Positions 18,682 to 28,477 of a stretch of DNA of 64,000 bases are shown in pieces; position 1 is the first letter of the stretch; each line of letters starts with the position of its first letter. The notes beneath the pieces are model-generated. The model was given only the letters and a program-made list of their open reading frames with translations, searched no databases and was not told the DNA's origin. The DNA comes from Candidatus Poribacteria bacterium. GTDB lineage: Bacteria > Poribacteria > WGA-4E > PCPOR2b. The position numbers and the translations under genes were made by a program. The stretch spans positions 64,001 to 128,000 of the forward strand of contig OZ242326.1 in the NCBI GenBank assembly GCA_965208325.1. Reading direction: 5' to 3'.

Positions 18682-21600
18682 ATGGCAAATAAAAAACCAC
18701 GAAAACGACGCAAAAAAGCAAACCTGCAAGCAAACCCCAAGCGGCAAGCATACGATCCGCTAAGGGGATACCGCTATCAAATATTGCACAGCGTACACGC
18801 TTGGTTGGGCCTTTCTGAAGATCAGGACCTCTATCTGGAATGTGCGGGAGATTTTGACACGATATCAGATGATGTTGCTACGGCAGTGCAGGTCAAAGAC
18901 ACGAAACACAACATCACGCTCAGATCTCAAGAAGTAACTGATGCAATCAACAACTATTGGAAATTGCGAGCGGACAACCCCGATAGGCGTGTGAAATTCC
19001 GTCTTCTCACACGATCCAAGATAGGCACGGAACGCGGAAACCCGTTTGGAGAGGGTAAATCGGGGCTTCACGTGTGGGGTCGCTGTGCAGACGATGAAGC
19101 AACTATCACGGAACTCTCTAAATTTCTGCAGTCAGATGAAAAAATTACAGATGACGTGAAGAACTTTCTAAAAAAATCAGATTCCAAAGAAATCTACGAA
19201 AAGCTCATTGAACCTATTTCTTGGGAAACGGGCAGCAAACCCGCTAGTTATGTTGAGCAATCTATACATGACAAACTAGTTCTTCACGGGAATCAACTCG
19301 GTTTCTTACCTTCTGAAGCCAAAAAAGTTGTTGATCCGCTAATCCAAGAAGCTTGGAAGGTAGCAACGCAAAAGGCAAACCGCGTTCTCACCAAAACCCG
19401 ATTCCTCGAAATTTTCGAGAAACAGACTACACAAATAGTCTCGACCCAGTATTTGCGGCATCTGCAAATGCAGGTCGCTACCATGAGTAATGTTGGCACT
19501 CCCTTTATAGGTGACCCAACTGATATATCAATTCAATCTCACTCTTCTATACTGAAAACAATACCGCCGCTCTATCCTGATGTAACTTCAAGAACCAGTT
19601 TGCTTGCAAGCATTCATGCTAAACTTCTTTCAGAGGGGATAGTTGTCATTCACGGCGGAGCAGGAAGAGGAAAGACAACACTCGCAAAATTAACCGCAAA
19701 GGAGACAAGCGAATCATGGTTTTGGCTGAATCTAACTAATAGAGAGCCGTCTCAAGTAGTCCACCATTTACAACAACTCACTATTGAAATCAGTAATCAA
19801 CCCACACCAGTCAACATCGCCCTTGACGATCTGAATTTACAACCCCAGCAGTTACGGAGGTATGAAGAAATCTTGGGAGTAGTGGTTTATAGAGTGTTTG
19901 AGCGTGGTGCAAAAGTGCTGATTTCAAGCCAACATGAACCCCACGACAATCTCACCCGCCAACTCGGTGTATCACGGTCAGTGGCTGTTGATGTGGGTGA
20001 CTTTTCGCTATCTGAAATTGAGCAATTTGCAAAACAGTTGGGGTGTCCTGCTGAAGACGCAAAAAAATGTGCACAGGTAGTCCTGTGGCATACAAGTGGA
20101 CATCCGAGACTTGTACACGCTCGACTCGCTCGACTACGGCAAGATAACTGGACTCGACCAGATATAATCGAAAGCATGGTGCAAACACCCGGAGAGGTAT
20201 TGGACGAACGGGAAGCCGCGCGACAATTGCTCGTAGAGTTGCCAGACGATCAACAGGAATTTCTCTATAGACTTAGCTTGTTGCCTATGCCTTTCCGGAG
20301 AGATTGCGCGCTCTACATCGGCGAGATAACAAAACCTATCCCTTTTTCAGGAAATATTTTCAGTCAACTAGTCGGTCCTTGGATAGATCAAATTCATAAA
20401 ACCTACTACACAATTTCACCTTTATTGACTAATGCGGCCAAGCAGATTTGGCCAGAAAAAAAGATAAACGACCTTCACGCTCAAATCGCAGAGGCAATCC
20501 TCGAATCGACAGATCTGACCAAAATAGAAGCACGGGCTGTGCTCTATCATAGTATGCTCGGACAGAACGAGCTAGGCTTTTTTGTTGTGATTCAGGCATT
20601 GATGACCGCTCCAGAGCACCATTGGAAAGAACTTAGCCATGAATTCTCGTGGTTGATACATCTTAAAACTGATTCTCGCGGAATGTTATTTCTTCAGAAT
20701 CCCGTTGTGAATAATCTCTTTCGCTCACTCCAACATCGTATTGCGGTTGAGGTCGAACCAGAGGCTGCACCAAAGATACTTGAAAATTGGGATAAGAAAG
20801 TTGTGCCATACGAGCCGGACCATTTGTATCACCTAGATCGCCTAATGCTGGCACAGCAGGCATTGACGTATGGCCAATCGTCACTTTCAGCCAAAAAGAT
20901 AGTAGGCTATCTCAAAGAGATTATCGAAATTACAAAAAAACATAAAGAATTCTTAGAATCAGATGATGATTCGACGGGAAAGCTTAAAGGATATAAAACC
21001 GATAAATCTAACTTTTTCAGCCTTCTAGTTGGCTTTATTTGTGCTCGTCGTCCAATTTACGCTCCGTTTCTCAGCAGCCTTATTGGCGAGTTGGATGAAC
21101 TTCAACCGGAAAGTCGGACTTTATTATTGGCTGATTTCGAGGATGATACCATTCACTCTCGAGTTCTCATGGATGGTATATGGGAATCGGAGGCGAACCG
21201 CGAAAATCCGGATTGGACAAGATGTTTTCAGGTATTAGACAAAGCAATTGAACGAACTATCGCTTGGGGTTATCCCCATCTCGCTGCTGCATCAGCAAGG
21301 TGTAAAGCCATGATCCATGATGAATGCTTACATGATGCCGATACGGCCCATAAAATTCTTCAGGATATAATATTAAAAGTGGGGCAATTTCCGGTGCTAG
21401 AAGAAGCAATAGCAGCCATATATTTGAATCAGGGACGCTATAAGGAAGCACTCAATATTTATGAGCGAATTCTTCCCGACTGGAATCCACCGTCGGGACA
21501 GTTGGATGTTATGCCTCCAGAAGGTTGTCGTCGCGCCGCAATTTGCGCCGCAAATTTGGGCGATTGGGGTAAAGCCGCCGCCTTTTTTGTAGATGGAGCT

Positions 21601-22959
21601 AATAGAACTCGTGAGAACACCGAAAGACATATCGGGTTTTATGCGGATGCGGGATATGCGCAATTCAAGGCCGGTTATTTCCTAGATAGCATAAGTCTAT
21701 TGAAACGGGCGTTGCAAACATTTGAGATACTTCAGCAAAACAATGGACATGACAGGTATTTTACTATAAAGCGACGTTTAGCGTACACTTTGAAATGGAT
21801 GACAGAGCAAGAGGGTGAATTTAGATCCTCAGAACTTGTAGAACCCCCGGTGGGTTTCTGCACCAATCCGGAGACAGATGAAGGTGTTTCATCTCTGCCT
21901 GATTTTTCAATCGCGTACGCTTGGCTTTATCTAGCGCAGATTGAATACAACTTTGGTCATGGAACAGAGGCTTTAGAGCACGCCGTGGACGTCATGGACG
22001 GTGATGAATGTCCCAACTTAGATTTCATTCGCGCTTTCGCGGAAACACAAAAAGATTTTAGAAACAAAACCTTTGATGAACTGCCACAACGAATAAATCA
22101 ACTAGTGATTGCGTGTGACTTAGTACAGAGTCATATCAAGAGTGCGAAGGGACTTGAAGAACAACGAGACAAAAATTTGCCTAGTGTAAATCCTCCCAAT
22201 TTCGCTTCTGTTGCGAACATCACCACTATGTTAGTAGCCGCACTGCTTGTTCAAATGTGGACTAACTCAGGTATGCATAGTGTTCTAGCAACATGGCGTA
22301 GAAATTCAGCGGAACTACCCATCCAAGAAAACATGTTCAGTGTTCTCGATCTGATTGAATCCATGTTATCCAGAGACCAAAAGCACGCGTTGGATGTAAT
22401 GAGAACGCAAGGAGCCAAATATGAAAAACGGCTTGTGGCAACATTAAAGATTCTCAATAGTAACAAAACGAGCCCGGAAATTCTCTTCCATGCACATGTG
22501 CTCATCACGACAGCTTTCATTGGTCAGCTGTATGAAGGATATGTCATCCAGGACTTAGCTGAATCTCTTTCTGCACAATGGCTAGAAAAAACTAGAGCGC
22601 CCGGAATTTTGCAAATGCCAAGGATTACGGTCCCTGAGATAGAACGTGCTTGCAAGGGGAGTGAGTCTGCGAAGAAAAAAATTGGCAAAATTCTCCTCGC
22701 CGCACAACAAGCTGTCTCAATAAGGGTGTCGACTGAAACCGTACAGCAGTTTCGTAATTGGGCAGAATCGGAATCAAGCGCGAAACAGGAACCGAAAACA
22801 GCAAAAAATCCGATAGCACAACGCCTAATCCGCGCGATGGAAAAACCGCCGCATCTCACCCATGAAGACGTTGAAACGCTGCGTCAATCAATCGAAGAAG
22901 GTAAAATTCCTGTAAAATTCGACTCGCCTTTTGAGCCGGATGAATCTGAAAAGCAATGA
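18682..22959 (+). CDS. Avs-like STAND NTPase: N-terminal Cap4/DUF4297-like PD-(D/E)xK nuclease, P-loop, TPR-like repeats, short antitoxin-like C-terminal tail
   Basis: LRGYRYQ...LYLE..GDFD...AVQVK nuclease motif; GGAGRGKT Walker A; IALDD Walker B; TSGHPRL (GxP); helical repeats. Confidence 0.75.
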   Translation: MANKKPRKRRKKANLQANPKRQAYDPLRGYRYQILHSVHAWLGLSEDQDLYLECAGDFDTISDDVATAVQVKDTKHNITLRSQEVTDAINNYWKLRADNPDRRVKFRLLTRSKIGTERGNPFGEGKSGLHVWGRCADDEATITELSKFLQSDEKITDDVKNFLKKSDSKEIYEKLIEPISWETGSKPASYVEQSIHDKLVLHGNQLGFLPSEAKKVVDPLIQEAWKVATQKANRVLTKTRFLEIFEKQTTQIVSTQYLRHLQMQVATMSNVGTPFIGDPTDISIQSHSSILKTIPPLYPDVTSRTSLLASIHAKLLSEGIVVIHGGAGRGKTTLAKLTAKETSESWFWLNLTNREPSQVVHHLQQLTIEISNQPTPVNIALDDLNLQPQQLRRYEEILGVVVYRVFERGAKVLISSQHEPHDNLTRQLGVSRSVAVDVGDFSLSEIEQFAKQLGCPAEDAKKCAQVVLWHTSGHPRLVHARLARLRQDNWTRPDIIESMVQTPGEVLDEREAARQLLVELPDDQQEFLYRLSLLPMPFRRDCALYIGEITKPIPFSGNIFSQLVGPWIDQIHKTYYTISPLLTNAAKQIWPEKKINDLHAQIAEAILESTDLTKIEARAVLYHSMLGQNELGFFVVIQALMTAPEHHWKELSHEFSWLIHLKTDSRGMLFLQNPVVNNLFRSLQHRIAVEVEPEAAPKILENWDKKVVPYEPDHLYHLDRLMLAQQALTYGQSSLSAKKIVGYLKEIIEITKKHKEFLESDDDSTGKLKGYKTDKSNFFSLLVGFICARRPIYAPFLSSLIGELDELQPESRTLLLADFEDDTIHSRVLMDGIWESEANRENPDWTRCFQVLDKAIERTIAWGYPHLAAASARCKAMIHDECLHDADTAHKILQDIILKVGQFPVLEEAIAAIYLNQGRYKEALNIYERILPDWNPPSGQLDVMPPEGCRRAAICAANLGDWGKAAAFFVDGANRTRENTERHIGFYADAGYAQFKAGYFLDSISLLKRALQTFEILQQNNGHDRYFTIKRRLAYTLKWMTEQEGEFRSSELVEPPVGFCTNPETDEGVSSLPDFSIAYAWLYLAQIEYNFGHGTEALEHAVDVMDGDECPNLDFIRAFAETQKDFRNKTFDELPQRINQLVIACDLVQSHIKSAKGLEEQRDKNLPSVNPPNFASVANITTMLVAALLVQMWTNSGMHSVLATWRRNSAELPIQENMFSVLDLIESMLSRDQKHALDVMRTQGAKYEKRLVATLKILNSNKTSPEILFHAHVLITTAFIGQLYEGYVIQDLAESLSAQWLEKTRAPGILQMPRITVPEIERACKGSESAKKKIGKILLAAQQAVSIRVSTETVQQFRNWAESESSAKQEPKTAKNPIAQRLIRAMEKPPHLTHEDVETLRQSIEEGKIPVKFDSPFEPDESEKQ

Positions 22960-23372
22960 ATAAGTATCTTCTGCAGACATCTACGTGCAGCGCTTTGATG
23001 GAAGATTCCCCGGCAGTTATCAAGCGTTTGAATTCTCTAACCGAGGCGGACTATCTATTTACTTGCCCGATCGTAAAAGAAGAGATTTTATACGGAATTA
23101 TTCGCCTCCCTGCAGGAAAAAGACAACGAGATCTGCAACAAAAGGCAAATGAACTGTTTGCTCAAATTCCCTGTGAACCAATCCCAGATAATGTTGCCGA
23201 TTTCTATGCAAAGATAAAAGCTGCGGCTGAACGACAAGGAACGCCATTAGATGAATGTGACCTTTGGATTGCTGCGACAGCTCTTGCGCTTGACACAATT
23301 CTGGTTACTTCTGATTCCGACTATGGAAGAATAGCGGGGCTAGGATTGCGCCTGGAAAATTGGGTCATTTAA
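22956..23372 (+). CDS. vapC: PIN-domain (VapC-like) toxin
   Basis: MNKYLL(Q)TS, I..EEI.YG, D..DLWIAATA and LVTSD.DY motifs; ATGA overlap with the upstream gene; first acidic residue replaced by Gln. Confidence 0.85.
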   Translation: MNKYLLQTSTCSALMEDSPAVIKRLNSLTEADYLFTCPIVKEEILYGIIRLPAGKRQRDLQQKANELFAQIPCEPIPDNVADFYAKIKAAAERQGTPLDECDLWIAATALALDTILVTSDSDYGRIAGLGLRLENWVI

Positions 23373-23422
23373 CATACAGCTAACTGCTAACCAATAGCCA
23401 CTGCCCTCAAGGAGTTTTACCA

Positions 23423-25036
23423 ATGCCCACACTCGATTTCAAAGGAAAACAACACATCTACGCCCACCATCTCACTGTCCCCTACCAGCCGCTTGAACCA
23501 GACGAGTCTCGCTCTTGCAACCCGAACGGAACCGACGACAATCTAATCATCCACGGCGATAACCTAAAGGCGCTCAAAGCCCTGTTTCCCCGCTACGCGA
23601 ATCGAGTCAAGTGTATCTACATTGATCCGCCCTACAATACCGGCAATGAGGCCTGGGTATATAACGACAACGTAAACAGCCCGCTAATGCAGCAGTGGCT
23701 CGGGGAGATTACCCCTGTTGACAACGAAGACCTTGAACGGCATGAGAAATGGCTTTGTATGATTTGGCCACGGTTACACCTGCTCAAAGAGTTGCTTGCC
23801 GAAGATGGAGTAATTTTTGTCTCAATCGACGACAACGAGCAACACCATCTGCGAATGCTAATGGATGAAATTTTCGGGGAAAAGAATTTTGTTGCTAACA
23901 TCGTGTGGCACCACCGGAAATCCAGCCAGAATGATATAGACGTTTCTCTTTCCCATAACCACATACTTTGCTATGCGCTTGAAAGGTCTTCCTTTTCTTT
24001 CAACGCTGGCGACATTGATGAAAGCAAATTCTCCAATCCTGATAACGATCCTCGTGGTCCATGGGTAGCAGATCCAATGGACGCACCCAATATCAGGGAA
24101 AACTTGACATACGAAATCATCAATCCCAACACGGGTAAAGTTTATCTTCCTCCCGCTGGCAGATGTTGGAGATTTTCAAAAGAGAGATACGATGATGCAT
24201 TAAAAGAAAGTCGAATTTTGTTTGGACGGCGAGGGACTTCTAAACCCCAATATAAGCGTTTTCTCAGTGAAGCCCGCGAAAGGGGAGTCAACATCTTTAC
24301 AATATGGAGCGATGTAGGGACAGCTACCGATGGCACAAAGGAATTTAATCGTATTTTTGGACGCGAACAATCTTTTGCAACCCCAAAACCGACCGATTTA
24401 ATTGCAAAAATAATTAGGGTATCCACATCGAAAGATGACATTGTTCTCGACTCTTTTGCCGGCAGCGGGACAACCGCACACGCTGTTCTAGAATTGAACA
24501 AAGAAGATGGCGGTAACCGCAAATTCGTCCTCGTTGAATGCGAAGATTACTCCGACACCATCACTGCCGAGCGGGTACGCCGTGTCATCAACGGTGTTTC
24601 AAACGCCCGCAACGCATCACTACGTGAAGGATTAGGCGGCTCTTTCACCTACTGTACGTTGGGTGAACCGATGAATATGGAAGGGATGCTCACCGGTGAC
24701 GCGCTGCCTGCGTTTGAATCCCTCGCTGCTTATCTGCTGCACACCGCCTCTGGAGTTACATGTGGCGCCGGTCAGTTGACCCCGAAAAACGATGATGGCC
24801 TATTTCACACGGGAGACAGAACCGACTACTATATGCTCTACAAACCCGATTTAGAATTCCTGCGCAGTAATGAGTCAATGCTCACCCAAGATCGGGCGGA
24901 ACGCATACGGGACGCCAGTTGCCACAATGGTAAAAAGGCAACCGTTTATGCTCCGGGCAAATACATTAGCCAGAAAGATCTTACACCCATGGGAATTACA
25001 TTCTGCCAAATTCCGCATGCCTTGCACGAAAGATAA
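23423..25036 (+). CDS. mod: Type III R-M methyltransferase (Mod)
   Basis: IHGDNL, IYIDPPYNTG, SIDDNE, TPKP and LDSFAGSGTT (beta-class order). Confidence 0.92.
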   Translation: MPTLDFKGKQHIYAHHLTVPYQPLEPDESRSCNPNGTDDNLIIHGDNLKALKALFPRYANRVKCIYIDPPYNTGNEAWVYNDNVNSPLMQQWLGEITPVDNEDLERHEKWLCMIWPRLHLLKELLAEDGVIFVSIDDNEQHHLRMLMDEIFGEKNFVANIVWHHRKSSQNDIDVSLSHNHILCYALERSSFSFNAGDIDESKFSNPDNDPRGPWVADPMDAPNIRENLTYEIINPNTGKVYLPPAGRCWRFSKERYDDALKESRILFGRRGTSKPQYKRFLSEARERGVNIFTIWSDVGTATDGTKEFNRIFGREQSFATPKPTDLIAKIIRVSTSKDDIVLDSFAGSGTTAHAVLELNKEDGGNRKFVLVECEDYSDTITAERVRRVINGVSNARNASLREGLGGSFTYCTLGEPMNMEGMLTGDALPAFESLAAYLLHTASGVTCGAGQLTPKNDDGLFHTGDRTDYYMLYKPDLEFLRSNESMLTQDRAERIRDASCHNGKKATVYAPGKYISQKDLTPMGITFCQIPHALHER

Positions 25037-25048
25037 AGTGATGCTGCC

Positions 25049-27604
25049 ATGATGGAACTGAAGACGTATCAGACCCGCGCGCTTGACGCTTTTAGTCAAT
25101 GGTTAGATACGCTTAAAACAGCGCGGCATCAGTCGGAAACTGCGGTTAAATCATGGCCCGCAGCTGCCGGCGGTATTCCTGATGCGGTGAAAAATTATCC
25201 GCGGCTGGCGTGGGAGACGCTTAAAGAGAGCGGAGGGCTCGCGCATAGTGCGGCGCCGTATGTAGACCGCACCGACGAAGCAAACTCTCCAATTCCGCAC
25301 ATCTGCTTCAAAATCCCAACAGGCGGCGGCAAGACCCTCCTTGCGGCTTCTGCGCTTGAACGTCTCAATCGGCAAACCGGTTTGACATTGTGGGTTGTAC
25401 CGACCAAGGCAATCTACGCGCAGACAAAAACTGCACTGTGGAATCGGGAACACCCGTATCGTCAAACCCTAGAGCGCGCGAGTGCGGGCAGAGTCAAAAT
25501 GTTGGAAAAGGACGACGAGTTCAGCCGAGACGACATCGCAAACTACCTTTGTGTCATGCTGCTCATGTTGCCAGCAACCAACCGGCAACGAGGAAGAGAG
25601 TTTCTGCGCATGTTTCGGGATTCGGGGCGTTATCCCAGCTTCTTCCCCGAAATCGACGATGTGTTTAGAGATGCTCGCCTGCAAATCGATCATCCCGATC
25701 TGGACTGTCATACCGCACCAGGTCCCGTCAAGCATAGCCTTTTTAACGTGTTCAAGCTACTGCGTCCAGTCGTGGTTCTTGATGAGGCGCATAAAGCCTA
25801 CGGTTCTAAGACCAGGTCCGCCAACGAAGAGTTTGCCCGTTCAATCTCACGCCTAAATCCACGTCTCGTAATTGAACTCTCCGCAACGCCCAACCGTGGT
25901 ATCAGCAACTTGCTTGTTGACATTGACGGCCCCGATCTCAAGAAAGAGGAAATGATTAAGCTGCCGGTGCAGGTCACGTCATTTCCGAATGCGGAGTGGC
26001 AATTAACGTTGAGTCAGGCTGTCGAAGAGTTAGAACAATTAGATGCCGAAGCAAAATCGCTAGAGAGCAATACAGGGCGTTACATCCGACCAATCGCCGT
26101 TGTCCGCGTCGAAAACACAGGTGCGGCTCAGATTGGTGGAGATAATATCCATGCTGAAGATGTACGGCAAAATCTCGAACACAATTTACATGTGCCCTCG
26201 GAGGCAATTCGTGTGAAATCCGCTGAAAAGGATGAGCTTGGCAAGGAAGATTTGCTCTCCGAGATTTGCCCGGTGAAATGGATCATCACAAAATCGGCAT
26301 TGATGGAAGGTTGGGATTGTCCATTCGCATACCTACTGGTGATGCTGGACAACACGCAGGCACAAAGGGCGATTACGCAGCTCGTCGGTAGAGTCATGCG
26401 GCAACCGCACGCGCAACTCACCGGACGGGTATCACTCGATCAGTGTTACGTCTATTGCCATAACGCAGCCGTTGGCGAGGTCGTCCAACAGGTCAAAAAT
26501 GGTCTGGAAGCAGAGGGCCTCACTGGCTTGGGCGATGAAGTGCTAAGCACGGCAGGTGAGGGGCAACCGGACGCCATTCGGAAAACCGTTGAACGGCGAA
26601 CGCAGTATAGAGGTAAAGACATCTTTCTGCCGCTGGTGTTGCATTTAAATGGCGCGGATTGGATTCAACTGGATTATCAGCGTCATATTCTGCCGCACAT
26701 TGACTGGGTGGCAATCGCAGCGCCAGATCCTCGCAAATCTGCACCCGCCGTTGCAAGTCGCCAAGACGCAACGGTCGACCTTGACGATTTGCCGCCAATG
26801 TATCACGCCGACCAAGACCTTCACATTGACAAAACGGTTCGTGTATCCGACTTCGCACGCCATCTTTCCGACATTGTACCGAATCCGTGGCACGCCGCAC
26901 GTATAGCACAAGGTCTAATTGACCGCCTCAAACAGGCAGGCGAGTCGAAGGATAATATCTATGATCGCCGCGCCTATCTTACACAAGTGCTGCGAGAGCA
27001 TGTAAGGGATGAAGTGGAAGCGCAGGCGGAGCGTGTTTTTCAGGAGAAGTTGAACGGTGGAGAAATTCGGTTTGATTTAGAGACTGAAGAACCGAATTAC
27101 AGAATGGTAGGAAATTATGAAATTTTTGTTGCGGACAATGATACACTTCTTACTAGAAAGAGCTATGAACCATTACAGTTAAGTCTGTTTGAACCAGTTT
27201 TCGTAAGCCAATTCAATGAGTTGGAAATGAGTTTTGCTCGTTATCTGGACGAGCAGAAGGCGTTGAAATGGTGGCATCGTGTCGCTGCACGTCAAAAGGG
27301 GGAATACTACCTGCAAGGCTGGAAACAAGGGCGCATTTACCCGGACTTTGTAGCACTTGCAAGTCGCGGCGATGATGAGAAACGGGTACTAATTTTCGAT
27401 ACAAAAGGCGAACACCTCAGCGGAAACCGGGATTCGGAATACAAGAAAAAAGTGCTGGAAACACTCGAAGGCGCGTTCAATGCCGTGGGAAAGGTAAAAG
27501 TGCGTGAGGGCACTACAATTACGGGAGTTTTTGAGTTGGTATTTGAAAAACACGCCGACACCGATTTCGCAGAGCTAACCCCGCGGCTGTCTGGAGAACT
27601 TTAG
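25049..27604 (+). CDS. res: Type III R-M restriction subunit (Res; SF2 helicase plus PD-(D/E)xK)
   Basis: PTGGGKT, DEAH, LSATP, EGWDCP, Q.VGR.MR and C-terminal YPDF....DTKG; directly after mod. Confidence 0.9.
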   Translation: MMELKTYQTRALDAFSQWLDTLKTARHQSETAVKSWPAAAGGIPDAVKNYPRLAWETLKESGGLAHSAAPYVDRTDEANSPIPHICFKIPTGGGKTLLAASALERLNRQTGLTLWVVPTKAIYAQTKTALWNREHPYRQTLERASAGRVKMLEKDDEFSRDDIANYLCVMLLMLPATNRQRGREFLRMFRDSGRYPSFFPEIDDVFRDARLQIDHPDLDCHTAPGPVKHSLFNVFKLLRPVVVLDEAHKAYGSKTRSANEEFARSISRLNPRLVIELSATPNRGISNLLVDIDGPDLKKEEMIKLPVQVTSFPNAEWQLTLSQAVEELEQLDAEAKSLESNTGRYIRPIAVVRVENTGAAQIGGDNIHAEDVRQNLEHNLHVPSEAIRVKSAEKDELGKEDLLSEICPVKWIITKSALMEGWDCPFAYLLVMLDNTQAQRAITQLVGRVMRQPHAQLTGRVSLDQCYVYCHNAAVGEVVQQVKNGLEAEGLTGLGDEVLSTAGEGQPDAIRKTVERRTQYRGKDIFLPLVLHLNGADWIQLDYQRHILPHIDWVAIAAPDPRKSAPAVASRQDATVDLDDLPPMYHADQDLHIDKTVRVSDFARHLSDIVPNPWHAARIAQGLIDRLKQAGESKDNIYDRRAYLTQVLREHVRDEVEAQAERVFQEKLNGGEIRFDLETEEPNYRMVGNYEIFVADNDTLLTRKSYEPLQLSLFEPVFVSQFNELEMSFARYLDEQKALKWWHRVAARQKGEYYLQGWKQGRIYPDFVALASRGDDEKRVLIFDTKGEHLSGNRDSEYKKKVLETLEGAFNAVGKVKVREGTTITGVFELVFEKHADTDFAELTPRLSGEL

Positions 27605-28226
27605 TCATTCTTCATTTTGCCGGTCGCGAATCGTTGACCCCGTGTTTGTAAAGCCCATTTACTGTAACTGCGCTGACCTTATGATAACTTCCACTGTTGG
27701 CGCCTACCGGGCTAATACACAAATCTATAGTCATGGGCGAAACCAATTACTTCATTACGAAGCTAGGTCACGAGTACATTTCTAAGCACAAATCAAAGCA
27801 AAAACCTCTGCGCGAGAATGACACATCTGAGTAGCAATTCTTGGGGTGAAATGTACTGCCCGAACCAAACATACCACCCATTTAGCGATAGCGCCCTGCC
27901 ATATCCTACACTACCGATTTCCGATTCTATAAACCGTGCCAACACGGAGACATGCCCGGAAACGATAGTGAGCAAAATAGCATTTTCATAGACATTTTCG
28001 CGCGTTTGCCTTTTTCGGTCTAAGAACATTGCGTTGGAATTCGCAATGCACTCCTACCTACCATCCACCCCTCCTGTTTCCATGACTTCTGGCGGCTAAT
28101 CCAAATCCTCAATTTACCCGCAAACCAAATTAATCAAAGCTCCGCCAAAATCAAAATTGTATTCGTTAAATGTCAGGTCCTGCCGAGGCGACAAAGATGA
28201 AGCATCTGAAGTACCCGGAACAATTT

Positions 28227-28270
28227 AACATGTTAAATCTGTTAAATTTTGTAAACTTTTGTAAACTTTT
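28227..28270 (+). repeat. Array of four 9-10-bp TGT(T/A)AA repeats, copy 1
   Basis: tgttaaatc-tgttaaattt-tgtaaacttt-tgtaaacttt; the block recurs at 28422-28461. Confidence 0.75.
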
Positions 28271-28379
28271 TCAAGGAATTCACTGTCCTCGAAAATCGAA
28301 CGGCGGAACCGCTAAGAGATCCCATACATGTTAAGAGCAGGGCAGTGACCCCACCGCCAAAAAAAATTTGCATTTTTCT

Positions 28380-28461
28380 TTGACATCGTGACTAACCGTT
28401 ATGTATAGTTTTAAGCGTGATAACATTTGTTAAATCTGTTGAGTTTTGTAAAATTTTGTAA
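28380..28461 (+). promoter_or_regulatory. Sigma70-like promoter followed by operator-like repeat array (copy 2), upstream of an HTH gene
   Basis: TTGACA (28380-85), about 17-18 nt, TATAGT; tgttaaatc-tgttgagttt-tgtaaaattt-tgtaa sits between the promoter and the GGAGG RBS. Confidence 0.6.
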
Positions 28462-28477
28462 TGGAGGTTAACTGGCT

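Noticed and set aside
23423..25036. Phase-variable mod gene
   Set aside because: No simple-sequence repeat tract is visible in the ORF or just upstream.
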